From: Candidatus Moanibacter sp.
GTDB taxonomy: Bacteria; Verrucomicrobiota; Verrucomicrobiia; Opitutales; UBA2987
Reading direction: 5' to 3'
DNA length: 64,000 bases
NCBI GenBank assembly: GCA_965215885.1
Contig: CBDCEW010000100.1
Span: 1-64,000, forward strand
Under the pieces are notes generated by a model. It searched no databases. It was not told the origin of the DNA and saw only the letters and a list, made by a program, of their open reading frames with translations. Below, piece by piece: positions 1-9,787 of this stretch. Position numbers and translations under genes: made by a program. Position 1 is the stretch's first letter; each line of letters opens with the position of its first letter.

Positions 1-15
1 CTACCGTATGCCAAC

Positions 16-645
16 GTGGCCAATGAGATTTCTCAGGCTGGGACGCCCGCGCCGGCAACTGGAGTAACTACGGCGAGTGTGGTAAAATGTCCGACTTGTG
101 GGAAACCGGCGGCGGCGAACGAATTGATCCCCGTGGGTCACACGCAGGTCTGTCCTTCCTGTAAAGAGGAGTATGTGCAGAGTGCGCGGGAAGGGGTATC
201 CATGGGAGGAGAATGGGAGTATGGAGGATTCTGGATACGCACAGGTGCGGTCATGGTGGATGGTATGATTACGGGGCTTGCGATGACAGTTCTGGGCGGC
301 GCGGTCGGACTCGCGGTAATGTCGGCGGTGGGCGATTCCCCAGAGGTCGCGACATCACTTACCGTGATTCTTTATATCGCAATCTACGGTTTGGTCATTG
401 CATATTACGTGTATTTTAACGGGCATCCACGATTTCAAGCAACCCCCGGAAAGATGGCACTCAGGTTGCGGCTCGTCGTCGCCGACGGGAGCCGGGTAAC
501 TTATCTCAGAGCGTTTGGTCGCCTCCTCGCCTATATGCTGTCGGGAATGCTGTTTTACATAGGTTATATCATGGCTGCGTTTGACAGCGAAAAGCGGTCA
601 CTGCACGATCGCATCTGCAATACGCGCGTAATCAAGATCCGGTGA
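16..645 (+). CDS. RDD family membrane protein with N-terminal zinc ribbon
   Basis: N-terminal CPTC...CPSC; RDD signature YGGFWIRTGAVMVDG ... ATPGKMALRLRLV ... KRSLHDRICNTRV; GTG start, true start uncertain near the window edge. Confidence 0.85.
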   Translation: MANEISQAGTPAPATGVTTASVVKCPTCGKPAAANELIPVGHTQVCPSCKEEYVQSAREGVSMGGEWEYGGFWIRTGAVMVDGMITGLAMTVLGGAVGLAVMSAVGDSPEVATSLTVILYIAIYGLVIAYYVYFNGHPRFQATPGKMALRLRLVVADGSRVTYLRAFGRLLAYMLSGMLFYIGYIMAAFDSEKRSLHDRICNTRVIKIR

Positions 646-656
646 GATTTTGAAGT

Positions 657-1244
657 ATGCAAGGGAAGATTCTTGGGTGTGTAAAATGCGACACTCCCTA
701 TGATCTTTCGCGTTACTCAGAGGATCGAGTAATCTCCTGTCCGAATTGCCGGCGTGAACACGAATTGCACCTCTACCCGGCCTATTTCCGGGAGAGTCTT
801 CCCGTGGCGGGAAGTGAGGCTAAGCTTTTAGAAAGTGAAGCGAGCTGTTTTCACCATCCGGACAAACGCGCAATCGTTTCGTGCGAAACATGCGGACGAT
901 TTTTGTGCGATCTGTGCCGGGTAGAATTCGAAGAGACAGAACTTTGCCTTTCCTGCTTCGAGGTCTTGAGAAAGACGGAGGGAGTATTGAAACTCCAGAG
1001 GAGGCGCATCCTCTGGGATAATATCGCCCTGTCATTGGCGGTGTTGCCCATTTTGATCTGGTTCATCACAATTGTTACTGCGCCGGTCGCTTTGTTTATC
1101 ACGTTTCGGCACTGGAGAGAAAGGTCCACGAGTATTGTTCCCCGGACGCGTTTCCGTTATGTTCTCGCCTCTATAATCGCTGGTTTGCAGTTACTTGGTT
1201 GGGGTTTCTTTTTCTTTTCCATCTTTGCCGCGAATTCAGTCTGA
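657..1244 (+). CDS. Zinc-ribbon plus B-box-like zinc finger membrane protein
   Basis: CVKC/CPNC, then CFHH-CETC-CDLC-CLSC, followed by hydrophobic C-terminal helices; tight operon spacing. Confidence 0.8.
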   Translation: MQGKILGCVKCDTPYDLSRYSEDRVISCPNCRREHELHLYPAYFRESLPVAGSEAKLLESEASCFHHPDKRAIVSCETCGRFLCDLCRVEFEETELCLSCFEVLRKTEGVLKLQRRRILWDNIALSLAVLPILIWFITIVTAPVALFITFRHWRERSTSIVPRTRFRYVLASIIAGLQLLGWGFFFFSIFAANSV

Positions 1245-1247
1245 GCC

Positions 1248-1730
1248 ATGAAAGGGCAGGAAAAATATCGCAAACTGAGTGGCCCTTCGAGCTTTTCGAA
1301 TCAGCGTCTCTATGCGGGAAGTGATCATCTGCTGGCGGTCGATGGGCAATACGAAGAGGAGTACAGACGGTTTTTTTATAAAGATATCCAAGCCTTTATC
1401 ATCGCAAGGACAAGGCAGGCAGATATATCTTCGGGAGTTCTTCTGTGCATCTTGGCCTTTGCCTCATTCATGGTTTTGAGCGAAGACCAAGCCTTTCAGA
1501 TTGGGGGATACATTATCGGTGCACCGATCTTGATTCTCCTTGTAATTCACCTTTTGATAGGGCCCACCTGCGATTGTCGCGTCAAGACGGCGGTCCAGAT
1601 CGAGCGCCTTCGCTCTCTAGGCAGCCGCCGCAAAGCGCGGCGAGTGGTGGGGAAGCTCTCTCAAAGGATTCACGAGGCGCAGGGAGAACTCTCTCAAGAG
1701 GATATTCTGAGGCATGTTGAGGCTCGCTGA
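1248..1730 (+). CDS. Hypothetical membrane protein (2 TM)
   Basis: 160 aa ORF starting 3 nt after the previous stop; two hydrophobic segments. Confidence 0.75.
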   Translation: MKGQEKYRKLSGPSSFSNQRLYAGSDHLLAVDGQYEEEYRRFFYKDIQAFIIARTRQADISSGVLLCILAFASFMVLSEDQAFQIGGYIIGAPILILLVIHLLIGPTCDCRVKTAVQIERLRSLGSRRKARRVVGKLSQRIHEAQGELSQEDILRHVEAR

Positions 1731-2022
1731 ACAGCGCTGCTACAACCATGGGCAGCGAGAAGCTGTCGCTCGATGTCTAGAGTGCGAACGGTTTTTTTGT
1801 CGGGAGTGCGTCACAGAGCATGAAAATCGCGTAGTTTGCTCGGATTGTCTCTCCATGTTGGCGGGGGAGAGTTCCGAAACGATCCATTCTTTTATGCAGA
1901 GAGCGGTGCAGTCGTGCCTCGCGATGGGCGGATTTCTGTTGGCCTGGCTCTTTTTTTACGGACTGGGGCGCCTCCTGCTTACTATCCCGTCGTCGTTTCA
2001 CGAAGGCACTTTTTGGAAGTAG
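1714..2022 (+). CDS. Small B-box-like zinc finger protein with one TM helix
   Basis: CYNH-CLEC-CREC-CSDC then a hydrophobic helix; overlaps the upstream gene. Confidence 0.8.
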   Translation: MLRLAEQRCYNHGQREAVARCLECERFFCRECVTEHENRVVCSDCLSMLAGESSETIHSFMQRAVQSCLAMGGFLLAWLFFYGLGRLLLTIPSSFHEGTFWK

Positions 2023-2036
2023 AGGAATTCGACTTT

Positions 2037-3662
2037 ATGCCAGAAAGAGGAAATTTGGCGCGAAAACCTGGAGGGGATGGGATTTCGGGCGGTGAAATAG
2101 TTGAAAAGGCGGTACACCTTTTGCGAGGCGCTCCGGCGACTGTCTATACTCCCTATCTGCTGGGCGTGTGCCCGTTCCTATTAGGATTCCTATTCTTCTG
2201 GGCCGACATGAGCAGGAGCGCTCTCGCCTATCGCCACTGTTCCGCGGCGGCCTTTGGTCTGGCGGTGCTGTTTCTATGGATGAAGTGCTGGCAAGCCATT
2301 TTTTCCGCTCGTTTGCGGGCGCACCTCTGCGGTGCAGTGCCCTCTCGCTGGCCCTTGAAGCGAATCCTGGGGTTGATACGGACTCAGGCGATCTGGCAAA
2401 CAACCGGTATTCTGGTGCTGCTTTTGGCGGGGATGATTCTGATTCCGTTTGGCTGGGCATACGCCTTTTATCAGAATCTAACGGTCCTGGAAGAACACCA
2501 TCCGGTCGCTGAGGGCAGTTCGGTCGAGCGTGCCTCGAAACAGGCGGTTCTCCGTCCGGCCCAGAATCACGTCATAATCTCGATTCTCTCCCTTTTCAGC
2601 CTTTTCGTTTTGATTAATTGGGTGTCCGCGCTGCTGGCGGGTCCCTATCTCTTGAAAACCGTGTTCGGCTGGGAGACGGTCTTTACCCGGAGTGGGTTTT
2701 CACTATTTAACACGACTTTTCTCGCGATCTGTATTGTTCTGACCTTTGTAGCGGTCGACCCGGTCGTGAAAGCGGTGTATCTGCTTAGGTGTTATTATGG
2801 AGAAGCCCAGCAGAGTGGGCTCGATCTGAAAATAGCATTACGTCAATTTCCCGTGCCCTTAGTGAAATCAAGGAGTCTGGTTCCATTTTTGCTGGGAGGC
2901 GCGGTGGTATGCATGGAAATCCCGCTTAGAGCGGCTGAGGGAGAGTTTGCGGATGGGTCGGTTTCCGCTATTGCGTTGGATAGTGCGATTGAAGAAGTGC
3001 TATCTGAGCCGGAGTACACCTGGCGAATGCCTCGCGAATCTTCCGCTCAGGAGCTGGAGTCACCCAGCTGGTTGGTTGGCTTTCTGAGCTGGCTGGACCG
3101 ATGGTTGATAGAACTGCTGCCGGACTGGACTCCGTCGGATATCGGATCCGGGGATTTCGAATTCACAGGTGTGCGGAAGTTACTTGAAATTCTGGTGTAT
3201 GTCTTGCTGGCCGGAGTTCTGGCGTGGATCCTTTGGATGGTTCTCAAAACGATTCTTGGCAGGAGAAAAGGTAATGAGGAAACGCACTCGCACGCCCAAC
3301 CGCTTCCCGATTTGAGGAGAGATGATGTCTCAGCCGATGAACTGCCATCCTCGGCCTGGCTGAATCTTGCCCGCGAGCTGCTGGAGAATGGAGAGTATCG
3401 ATTGGCGCTACGCGCGTTTTACCTCTCACAGCTGTCGCAGTTGGCTGATAGAGGGCTCATCGTTTTGAAGAGGTTCAAGTCGAACTACGACTATCAAATT
3501 GAATTGAGGAGGCGCGCACACGTGCATCCGGATTTAACGGAAGCTTTCCAAAGTAATTCGATTCTCTTTGAAGCGTCCTGGTACGGCAACCATCTGGTCA
3601 GTGAACCGCAGATTGAGGAATTTCACCGCAATCTGCAAAAAATGAAGCTGGGAGAGACATGA
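2037..3662 (+). CDS. Multi-pass membrane protein with C-terminal DUF4129-like domain
   Basis: ATG at 2037 preceded by AGAGGA (2021-2026); several TM helices; C-terminal YRLALRAFYLSQL...KSNYDY...FEASWYG is typical of DUF4129. Confidence 0.8.
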   Translation: MPERGNLARKPGGDGISGGEIVEKAVHLLRGAPATVYTPYLLGVCPFLLGFLFFWADMSRSALAYRHCSAAAFGLAVLFLWMKCWQAIFSARLRAHLCGAVPSRWPLKRILGLIRTQAIWQTTGILVLLLAGMILIPFGWAYAFYQNLTVLEEHHPVAEGSSVERASKQAVLRPAQNHVIISILSLFSLFVLINWVSALLAGPYLLKTVFGWETVFTRSGFSLFNTTFLAICIVLTFVAVDPVVKAVYLLRCYYGEAQQSGLDLKIALRQFPVPLVKSRSLVPFLLGGAVVCMEIPLRAAEGEFADGSVSAIALDSAIEEVLSEPEYTWRMPRESSAQELESPSWLVGFLSWLDRWLIELLPDWTPSDIGSGDFEFTGVRKLLEILVYVLLAGVLAWILWMVLKTILGRRKGNEETHSHAQPLPDLRRDDVSADELPSSAWLNLARELLENGEYRLALRAFYLSQLSQLADRGLIVLKRFKSNYDYQIELRRRAHVHPDLTEAFQSNSILFEASWYGNHLVSEPQIEEFHRNLQKMKLGET

Positions 3663-4906
3663 AAAATTCATGGGGATACCTGGCCGTATTGCTAGTGGGT
3701 GTGCTCTTCTTGACCGGGCTAATTCAGCTGATTCTATTAAGGTTTGAAGCGGGGGACGTGTATCCGCCGTATTCCAGCCTGCGGGCAGATCCGTTGGGTT
3801 GCAAAGCGCTTTACGAGAGCCTCACGAGACTGACGGATCTGCAAGTCACTAGAAATTTTCACGCATGGAATGAGGCGAAATTCCCGGACCGGGTGACTGT
3901 GATTTTTGTGGGTTTTGATCGCTGGAAGTTCGAGTATGGAAGCGAGAGTCACCGCCGGGCGCTTCTCGATCGGGTGGCTCATGGCGCCCGGATGATATTC
4001 GCCTTTCGGGATCTGTCGGTTCCCGGGATTGAAGCGGGGACCGAAGGGACGGGGGAGCGAGACGAGACGAACGAAACTGAGGCGGAGCCTGAGGAAGGGA
4101 ATGATTCCGAATCCAAACCCGATACATTTGACGATTTTCGCTCGCAGTCCCTGGCGGAGACGTTGGGTATCACGGTGGAGTCTTTGGAGATCCAGGAGGA
4201 TGAACCGATTGCCGTGAAAAGCGCAGTGGGGATGGACTCTCTTCCGGATGAATTGCGGTGGCATTCATCAATCGGATTCAGTCAATCCAGCGATCGTTGG
4301 GTTCCGTTATACTCAGTAGGTGGAAGTCCCGTCATTGTCGAGCGTCCCTTCGGTAAGGGAGAGGTGATTCTCATTGCTGATTCCTACCTATTGAGTAACG
4401 AAGGACTCCGTCGTGACCGTGCGGCGGATGTTCTCGCATGGCTGGCCGGCGATCATAGTACTATTGTCTTCGACGAGACTCATCTTGGTGTTCAAGAGAC
4501 GCAGGGTATTGGCTCTTTGATACGCAAGTACCGTCTTCATGCCTTTCTCCTGGGGCTTTCCCTTGTGGCGCTGTTGGTCATTTGGAAGAATTGCGTGAGT
4601 TTTTTGCCGCCGCATGAGGATGAAGCTGAGCAATCTGACGTTCTAGCGGTAGACGGAAAGGATACTACGGAAGGTTTCTATAATCTCTTGCGTCGGGCCC
4701 TGGCGCCGGACGGACTTCTGCAGACTTCCTTGGAAGAGTGGGAAAACTCCTTCCTGGGAAGTAAGCATGGCCGACTCATTTATGGTGAGCGCGCGGATGA
4801 GGCGCGCCGTCTCCTGGCGGCGGAGAAATCCGTTCCGTCAAGGCGGCGAAATCTGTTGAAGGTTTATAACCGGATCTCTGATGTTTTGAAAACGAAAGGA
4901 CTCTAG
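3659..4906 (+). CDS. DUF4350 domain-containing membrane protein
   Basis: N-terminal TM then YSSLRADPLGCKALY; GKGEVILIAD...LSNEGL; VFDETH before a second TM; ATGA overlap. Confidence 0.8.
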   Translation: MKNSWGYLAVLLVGVLFLTGLIQLILLRFEAGDVYPPYSSLRADPLGCKALYESLTRLTDLQVTRNFHAWNEAKFPDRVTVIFVGFDRWKFEYGSESHRRALLDRVAHGARMIFAFRDLSVPGIEAGTEGTGERDETNETEAEPEEGNDSESKPDTFDDFRSQSLAETLGITVESLEIQEDEPIAVKSAVGMDSLPDELRWHSSIGFSQSSDRWVPLYSVGGSPVIVERPFGKGEVILIADSYLLSNEGLRRDRAADVLAWLAGDHSTIVFDETHLGVQETQGIGSLIRKYRLHAFLLGLSLVALLVIWKNCVSFLPPHEDEAEQSDVLAVDGKDTTEGFYNLLRRALAPDGLLQTSLEEWENSFLGSKHGRLIYGERADEARRLLAAEKSVPSRRRNLLKVYNRISDVLKTKGL

Positions 4907-4907
4907 A

Positions 4908-5873
4908 TTGAACACGAAACTCGACCATCTGAAGGAGACATTCGATAGAGCGCGTGAAGAAATCAGTAAGGTGATAATCGGGCAGGATAAAGTTGTGGAG
5001 ATGGCCCTTATTACCATTTTTACGCGCAATCACGCATTGATCGAAGGTGTGCCGGGGGTAGCAAAAACTCTACTCGTGAGAACGCTCGGCGCGGTTCTCA
5101 ATTGTCCCACATCGCGTATCCAATTTACTCCCGATCTGATGCCCGCCGACATCACCGGGACTCGCATTTACAACATGCACAAGCAGGAATTTGTCCTCGT
5201 AAAAGGGCCCGTGTTTACGTCCTTTCTCCTCGCTGACGAAATAAATCGGGCGCCGGCAAAAACACAGTCCGCCCTCCTTCAAGCAATGCAGGAACGGTGT
5301 GTTTCTATTGAAAGGGAAGCGCATTTTCTCGATCCCAATTTCACGGTCTTTGCAACGCAGAACCCGATCGAGTATGAAGGAACCTATCCTTTACCGGAAG
5401 CCCAGAAAGACAGGTTCATGCTCAAGATTTCGATGGACTATCCGGAGTTGGAAGAGGAGCGCACATTGGCGAATCGGATGCTGGGCGAGGAGTCTCCGGA
5501 AGCGATTCTCGAGGGTGATGGGGTAGTTCCAGTTATTCGTTCGGAAGAGCTCGACGAACTTCGAGAGGCAATGGAAGCGGTCGTTGTGCGCGATGAACTG
5601 GTCGCCTACATCGTCGATATTGTGAGGGAAACGCGAAGGAACGAAAGTGCCTTGGTCGGGGCGGGACCGCGTGCTACGCAGGCTCTATTGCTGGCCGCGC
5701 GTGCTTCCGCTGCTCTGGCCCTTCGCGATTTTGTTACACCGGACGACGTCAAGAGGATGGCCCCACCTGTGCTGGAACACCGTCTCATTTTGCGGCCGGA
5801 ATATGAAATTGAGGGGCTCACTGAGAGAGAATTGATTGAACGGATTCTTCAGCAGGTCGCTGTGCCTCGATGA
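4908..5873 (+). CDS. moxR: MoxR family AAA+ ATPase
   Basis: EGVPGVAKT Walker A, RIQFTPDLMPADITG, LLADEINRAPAKTQSALL, ATQNPIEYEGTYPLPEAQKDRF. Confidence 0.95.
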   Translation: MNTKLDHLKETFDRAREEISKVIIGQDKVVEMALITIFTRNHALIEGVPGVAKTLLVRTLGAVLNCPTSRIQFTPDLMPADITGTRIYNMHKQEFVLVKGPVFTSFLLADEINRAPAKTQSALLQAMQERCVSIEREAHFLDPNFTVFATQNPIEYEGTYPLPEAQKDRFMLKISMDYPELEEERTLANRMLGEESPEAILEGDGVVPVIRSEELDELREAMEAVVVRDELVAYIVDIVRETRRNESALVGAGPRATQALLLAARASAALALRDFVTPDDVKRMAPPVLEHRLILRPEYEIEGLTERELIERILQQVAVPR

Positions 5874-7207
5874 TAGTTCCGCGTAATCGCTTCATCTATT
5901 GGTCTCTCGCTCTGCTTCCTTCGACACTGGTAGTGGCTTTCGGCCCAGGTCTCGTTGTTTACCCGGCAGGTTTCTACGGAGTATTAGGGCTTCTCTCCCT
6001 GCTTGATCTCATTCTATCAGGCGTTTCGAAAAATCCGGTCGACCTGGAAGCTCCCGGGATCGTTCGTTTAGTAAAAGATAAAGAGGCGGGTATAGAGTTG
6101 CGCGTGGTAAACAATGGCCGAGAGCGGGTATCGGTTCGTCTCGGACTCTTGTTACCCAGGGAGTTCGATTGCGACTTCGAGACGAGGACGGTCGAATTAC
6201 CCGAAGCCCATGAAGTTTCGAAGCTGACCTGGCCGTGCATGGCGAGGCGACGAGGGGTTTTTCGGCTGGATAAGTGTTTAGTGGAAAGAACTTCGCTCTT
6301 CGGATTATGGGCGATCCGGAGTGCGGCGTCGCTGGATTCTGAGATCCGAGTATATCCCAATCTCTCCCGTGAGCGTCGAACGCTGGCCAATATATTCCTG
6401 AATCGCGGTTTGGCGGGAATCCACCATCAGCGTATGATGGGTCGAGGTCGGGAGTTCGAGAAATTACGGGAGTATATACCGGGTGACAGCTACGACGACA
6501 TTCATTGGAAAGCAACGGCGAGGCGGAGCATACCCGTGACGAAAGTTTTTCAAGTGGAGCGCACCCAGGAGATATATACTGTTATCGATTCTTCTCGGTT
6601 GTCCGGCCAGTTCTTCTCGCGAGAGAAACGGGACTTCCCGGAAACGGCCTTGGAGCGGTTTGTCTCCGCGGCGACGACATTGGCCCTGGTCGCGGAAAGG
6701 CAGGGCGATCTTTTCGGCCTTCTCACCGCTAGTGACGGGGTGCGCACGTTTATTCGCGCCGGGACGGGCAAGTCGCACATGCAAGCCTGCCAGGAAGCGC
6801 TCTTTGCGCTGCAACCCGAAAAGGTTAATCCGGACTTCGATGAAGTATTCACCTATATACGGTTGAATCTCCGCCGGCGTGCCCTCCTCATATTCCTTAC
6901 CGACTTACGCGATCCTGTATTGGCGGAGAATTTCAGCAGGGGGGTCTCGCTCATTGCACGCCAGCATCTGATCTATGTAGACTCGTTGCTCTCGCCAAAG
7001 GTTGGCCCGCTTTTCGACGGGAATGCGGCCGAATCAGTGGAACACATATATGAGAAGCTGGCGGGCCATTTCCAATGGCAGTCATTGATTGAACTCAGGA
7101 GAATCCTGCAGCGCAAGGGGGTCAGGCTCGAACTGATGGGAAGCGAAGGGTTGGCCGTGAGCCTCTTGAATCAATACCTATCTACGAAACAGAGGCAGGC
7201 TTTATGA
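5870..7207 (+). CDS. DUF58 (vWA-like) protein
   Basis: GREFEKLREYIPGDSYDDIHWKATARR; IDSSRLS; follows MoxR with overlap. Confidence 0.9.
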   Translation: MIVPRNRFIYWSLALLPSTLVVAFGPGLVVYPAGFYGVLGLLSLLDLILSGVSKNPVDLEAPGIVRLVKDKEAGIELRVVNNGRERVSVRLGLLLPREFDCDFETRTVELPEAHEVSKLTWPCMARRRGVFRLDKCLVERTSLFGLWAIRSAASLDSEIRVYPNLSRERRTLANIFLNRGLAGIHHQRMMGRGREFEKLREYIPGDSYDDIHWKATARRSIPVTKVFQVERTQEIYTVIDSSRLSGQFFSREKRDFPETALERFVSAATTLALVAERQGDLFGLLTASDGVRTFIRAGTGKSHMQACQEALFALQPEKVNPDFDEVFTYIRLNLRRRALLIFLTDLRDPVLAENFSRGVSLIARQHLIYVDSLLSPKVGPLFDGNAAESVEHIYEKLAGHFQWQSLIELRRILQRKGVRLELMGSEGLAVSLLNQYLSTKQRQAL

Positions 7208-8199
7208 TTCTCAATCTTGAGGAATTCATCGGGAGGGAAAGGGCCAGCTGGCTCGAACTCGAAAGTATCCTCACACGGTTGGAAGATGAAGTCGGTATGA
7301 GATTGAGCCTTTCCGAGGTGAGGCGCCTGCACTATTTGTACGAAAGAACTGCCGCCGACCTGGCGAAGATACAAACGTTTTCAGCGGAACCGGAGACACG
7401 CAGGCACCTTGAGTCACTGGTTGCCAGGGCCTACGGCGAAATTCATGAGACGCGTTCCCGCAGAACAAACTTTCATGTGTTTCGTTGGTTCTTTGATACT
7501 TTTCCGCGGACATTCAGGCGCCACCTGCGCGCTTTCGGGTTGGCGCTTATTGTGATTGTAGCGGGTTCGATATTCGGTGGCCTGGCCGTTGCGCTCGATC
7601 CCTACGCCAAAGGAGTCATTCTGCCTTTCCCGCATCTGCTTGGAGATCCAGGTGAGCGAGTCGCTGGAGAGGAAGCGGCAGAGAACGATCGCTTAGCAGG
7701 CGGAAAATCGAGCTTTTCCGCATATCTCATGACTCACAATACGAAAGTTGCGATTTTTACTCTGGCAATGGGAATGACATTCGGTGTGGGTACCCTTATT
7801 CTCCTGTTCTATAATGGAATCATTCTCGGAGCCGTCGGAGTCGACTATGTTCTCGCCGGCGAATCTGCTTTCCTCCTGGGTTGGCTGTTGCCTCATGGGA
7901 GTGTCGAAATCCCTTCGATTGTTATCGCCGGCCAGGCCAGCCTGGTATTGGCAGGAGCGCTTCTTGGGCAGGGCAGACGGCGGACTCTCAGGCAACGCCT
8001 TCTCGATGTCCGGTTAGATCTCGTTACACTGATATGTGGCGTTGCGATATTGCTGGTCTGGGCGGGCCTGATCGAAGCCTTCTTCTCTCAGTACCATGAT
8101 CCTGTTCTTCCGTATTCGCTGAAGATAAGCTTTGGCCTCCTCGAACTTGCACTCCTGGTCGGCTTCCTCTGTTTCTGTGGCCGCGGATCGGTCGAATAA
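7204..8199 (+). CDS. Stage II sporulation protein M (SpoIIM/DUF95) family membrane protein
   Basis: LMTHNTKVA, LFYNGIILG, LLPHGSVEIPSI, AGLIEAFFS motifs. Confidence 0.9.
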   Translation: MILNLEEFIGRERASWLELESILTRLEDEVGMRLSLSEVRRLHYLYERTAADLAKIQTFSAEPETRRHLESLVARAYGEIHETRSRRTNFHVFRWFFDTFPRTFRRHLRAFGLALIVIVAGSIFGGLAVALDPYAKGVILPFPHLLGDPGERVAGEEAAENDRLAGGKSSFSAYLMTHNTKVAIFTLAMGMTFGVGTLILLFYNGIILGAVGVDYVLAGESAFLLGWLLPHGSVEIPSIVIAGQASLVLAGALLGQGRRRTLRQRLLDVRLDLVTLICGVAILLVWAGLIEAFFSQYHDPVLPYSLKISFGLLELALLVGFLCFCGRGSVE

Positions 8200-8207
8200 A
8201 TCCTCTG

Positions 8208-8987
8208 ATGGCGCTTCAAGGCACGGCGAAGGTTACGATACTGACGAATGAGGGAATCTGCTTCGGGCTTGAGCTGGGCAGCCCAGTGAGCAGATTTCTC
8301 GCCTGGTCGCTGGATCTGGCGATTATTTCCGCGCTCATTGCCCTCGTCGAGATGCTGCTGGTACTTCTGCGACTACTTAATGCAGATGTATTTCAGGCGG
8401 TGGGGATCCTGTTATATTTTCTGTTATCAATCGGTTACGGAATACTGTTGGAGTGGGCGTGGCGAGGGCAGACATTGGGGAAGCGTCTCGTTCGCCTCCG
8501 GGTAGTTGACGCAAATGGATTGAAATTGCATTTCAGCCAGGTGCTGGTGCGAAACCTGCTCCGCTTTGTCGATAGTCTTCCTCTCTGCTACTTTGTTGGT
8601 GGTATCGTGATGTTGACAAATCGCCGGGGACAGAGATTGGGCGACATCGCGGCAAATACGTTAGTGGTGAGGTATCCGCGAATAGGTGAACCGGATCTGA
8701 CGGAAGTGTTGGCGGGGAAATACAATTCGTTTCGCGATTATCCGCACCTCGAGGCTCGTCTCCGGCAGAGAGTCAAAGCCGAAGAAGCCTCCGTTGCACT
8801 CCAGGCGATATTGAGACGCGACGAGATGGATCCCAAGTTGCGTGTAGGGCTCTTCGAGGAAATTGCCGAGCACTTCAGGGCCATTAGCGATTTCCCCGAG
8901 GAGGCGACGCACGGTCTCACCAGCGAACGCTACATCCGCAATTGTGTCGATACTCTGTATCGTTCTCGAAGGAATCCGTCGGTCTAA
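8208..8987 (+). CDS. RDD family protein
   Basis: SRFLAWSLD, GQTLGKRLVRLRVV, RNLLRFVD, QRLGDIAANTLVV. Confidence 0.9.
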   Translation: MALQGTAKVTILTNEGICFGLELGSPVSRFLAWSLDLAIISALIALVEMLLVLLRLLNADVFQAVGILLYFLLSIGYGILLEWAWRGQTLGKRLVRLRVVDANGLKLHFSQVLVRNLLRFVDSLPLCYFVGGIVMLTNRRGQRLGDIAANTLVVRYPRIGEPDLTEVLAGKYNSFRDYPHLEARLRQRVKAEEASVALQAILRRDEMDPKLRVGLFEEIAEHFRAISDFPEEATHGLTSERYIRNCVDTLYRSRRNPSV

Positions 8988-9030
8988 CCCGAAAATCTCT
9001 GAGATTTTCGGGTTAGACCGACGGATTCCT
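8970..9030. repeat. Perfect 30-bp inverted repeat with 1-nt spacer between convergent genes
   Basis: AGGAATCCGTCGGTCTAACCCGAAAATCTC-T-GAGATTTTCGGGTTAGACCGACGGATTCCT; arms resemble MITE ends found elsewhere in the window. Confidence 0.95.
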
Positions 9031-9032
9031 AG

Positions 9033-9656
9033 CTATTGGAGGATGGGGAGCAGATATTTCCAGACCGTTTTGGCGATGATCCTGTGGCCTTCTTCGTTTG
9101 GGTGAATACCGTCGGCGAGATTCAGCTCGGAGTGAGCGGCCACATCCTCGAGGAGAAAAGGTATCATCGGAATGCTGTTCTTTTCCGCCAAATCCGAGAA
9201 GATACGCTCAAACGCGGCAGAGTATTCCGAACCCATATTGGGCGGCACTCTCATGCCGGCAATAAGGAAATTTGTCTGAGGAGATTTCTTGCGGGTAGTG
9301 TCTATGATAGACTGAAGGTTCTGTTGAGAATTCTTCGGGTTGAGTCCCCTTAATCCGTCGTTGGCGCCCAGCGCGATGACGATAACGCTTACGGGCCGCC
9401 GCAACATCCACTGGATTCTCCGTAAGCCTCCGGCGGTCGTCTCTCCACTCAGACCTCCGTTCAGAATCCGGTAATTCAGGCCCGCTGCATCTATTCTCTC
9501 CTGAATGAGAGAGGGGTATGCGAGTGAGGGGTCGAGACCGTATCCGGCCGTCAGGCTGTCACCGAGGAACAGGATGGTAGGCGGGGTATTCGCCGCCGAG
9601 ATACTCGCTACGACACCGATGAGTATGAGAGTAGGGATTTGCAATTGGCGAAACAT
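9033..9656 (-). CDS. tesA: Arylesterase / acyl-CoA thioesterase I (SGNH/GDSL)
   Basis: GDSLTAGYG, GLSGETTAGG, LGANDGLRG, DGIHPN; signal peptide from ATG 9656; divergent from the ybbA/ybbP-like ABC pair. Confidence 0.9.
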   Translation of the reverse strand: MFRQLQIPTLILIGVVASISAANTPPTILFLGDSLTAGYGLDPSLAYPSLIQERIDAAGLNYRILNGGLSGETTAGGLRRIQWMLRRPVSVIVIALGANDGLRGLNPKNSQQNLQSIIDTTRKKSPQTNFLIAGMRVPPNMGSEYSAAFERIFSDLAEKNSIPMIPFLLEDVAAHSELNLADGIHPNEEGHRIIAKTVWKYLLPILQ

Positions 9657-9787
9657 TGTAAAGGAACAGTAGAGGAAAACATTATTGCAACTCAAGGGAG
9701 ACTCTGTGGTCATGATGTCATGGGCAGCAACCCCGTAAGGGCGGTACGACCCTGGGTAGAGTCGTGCGGAATTCCGTAAAACTGAAT

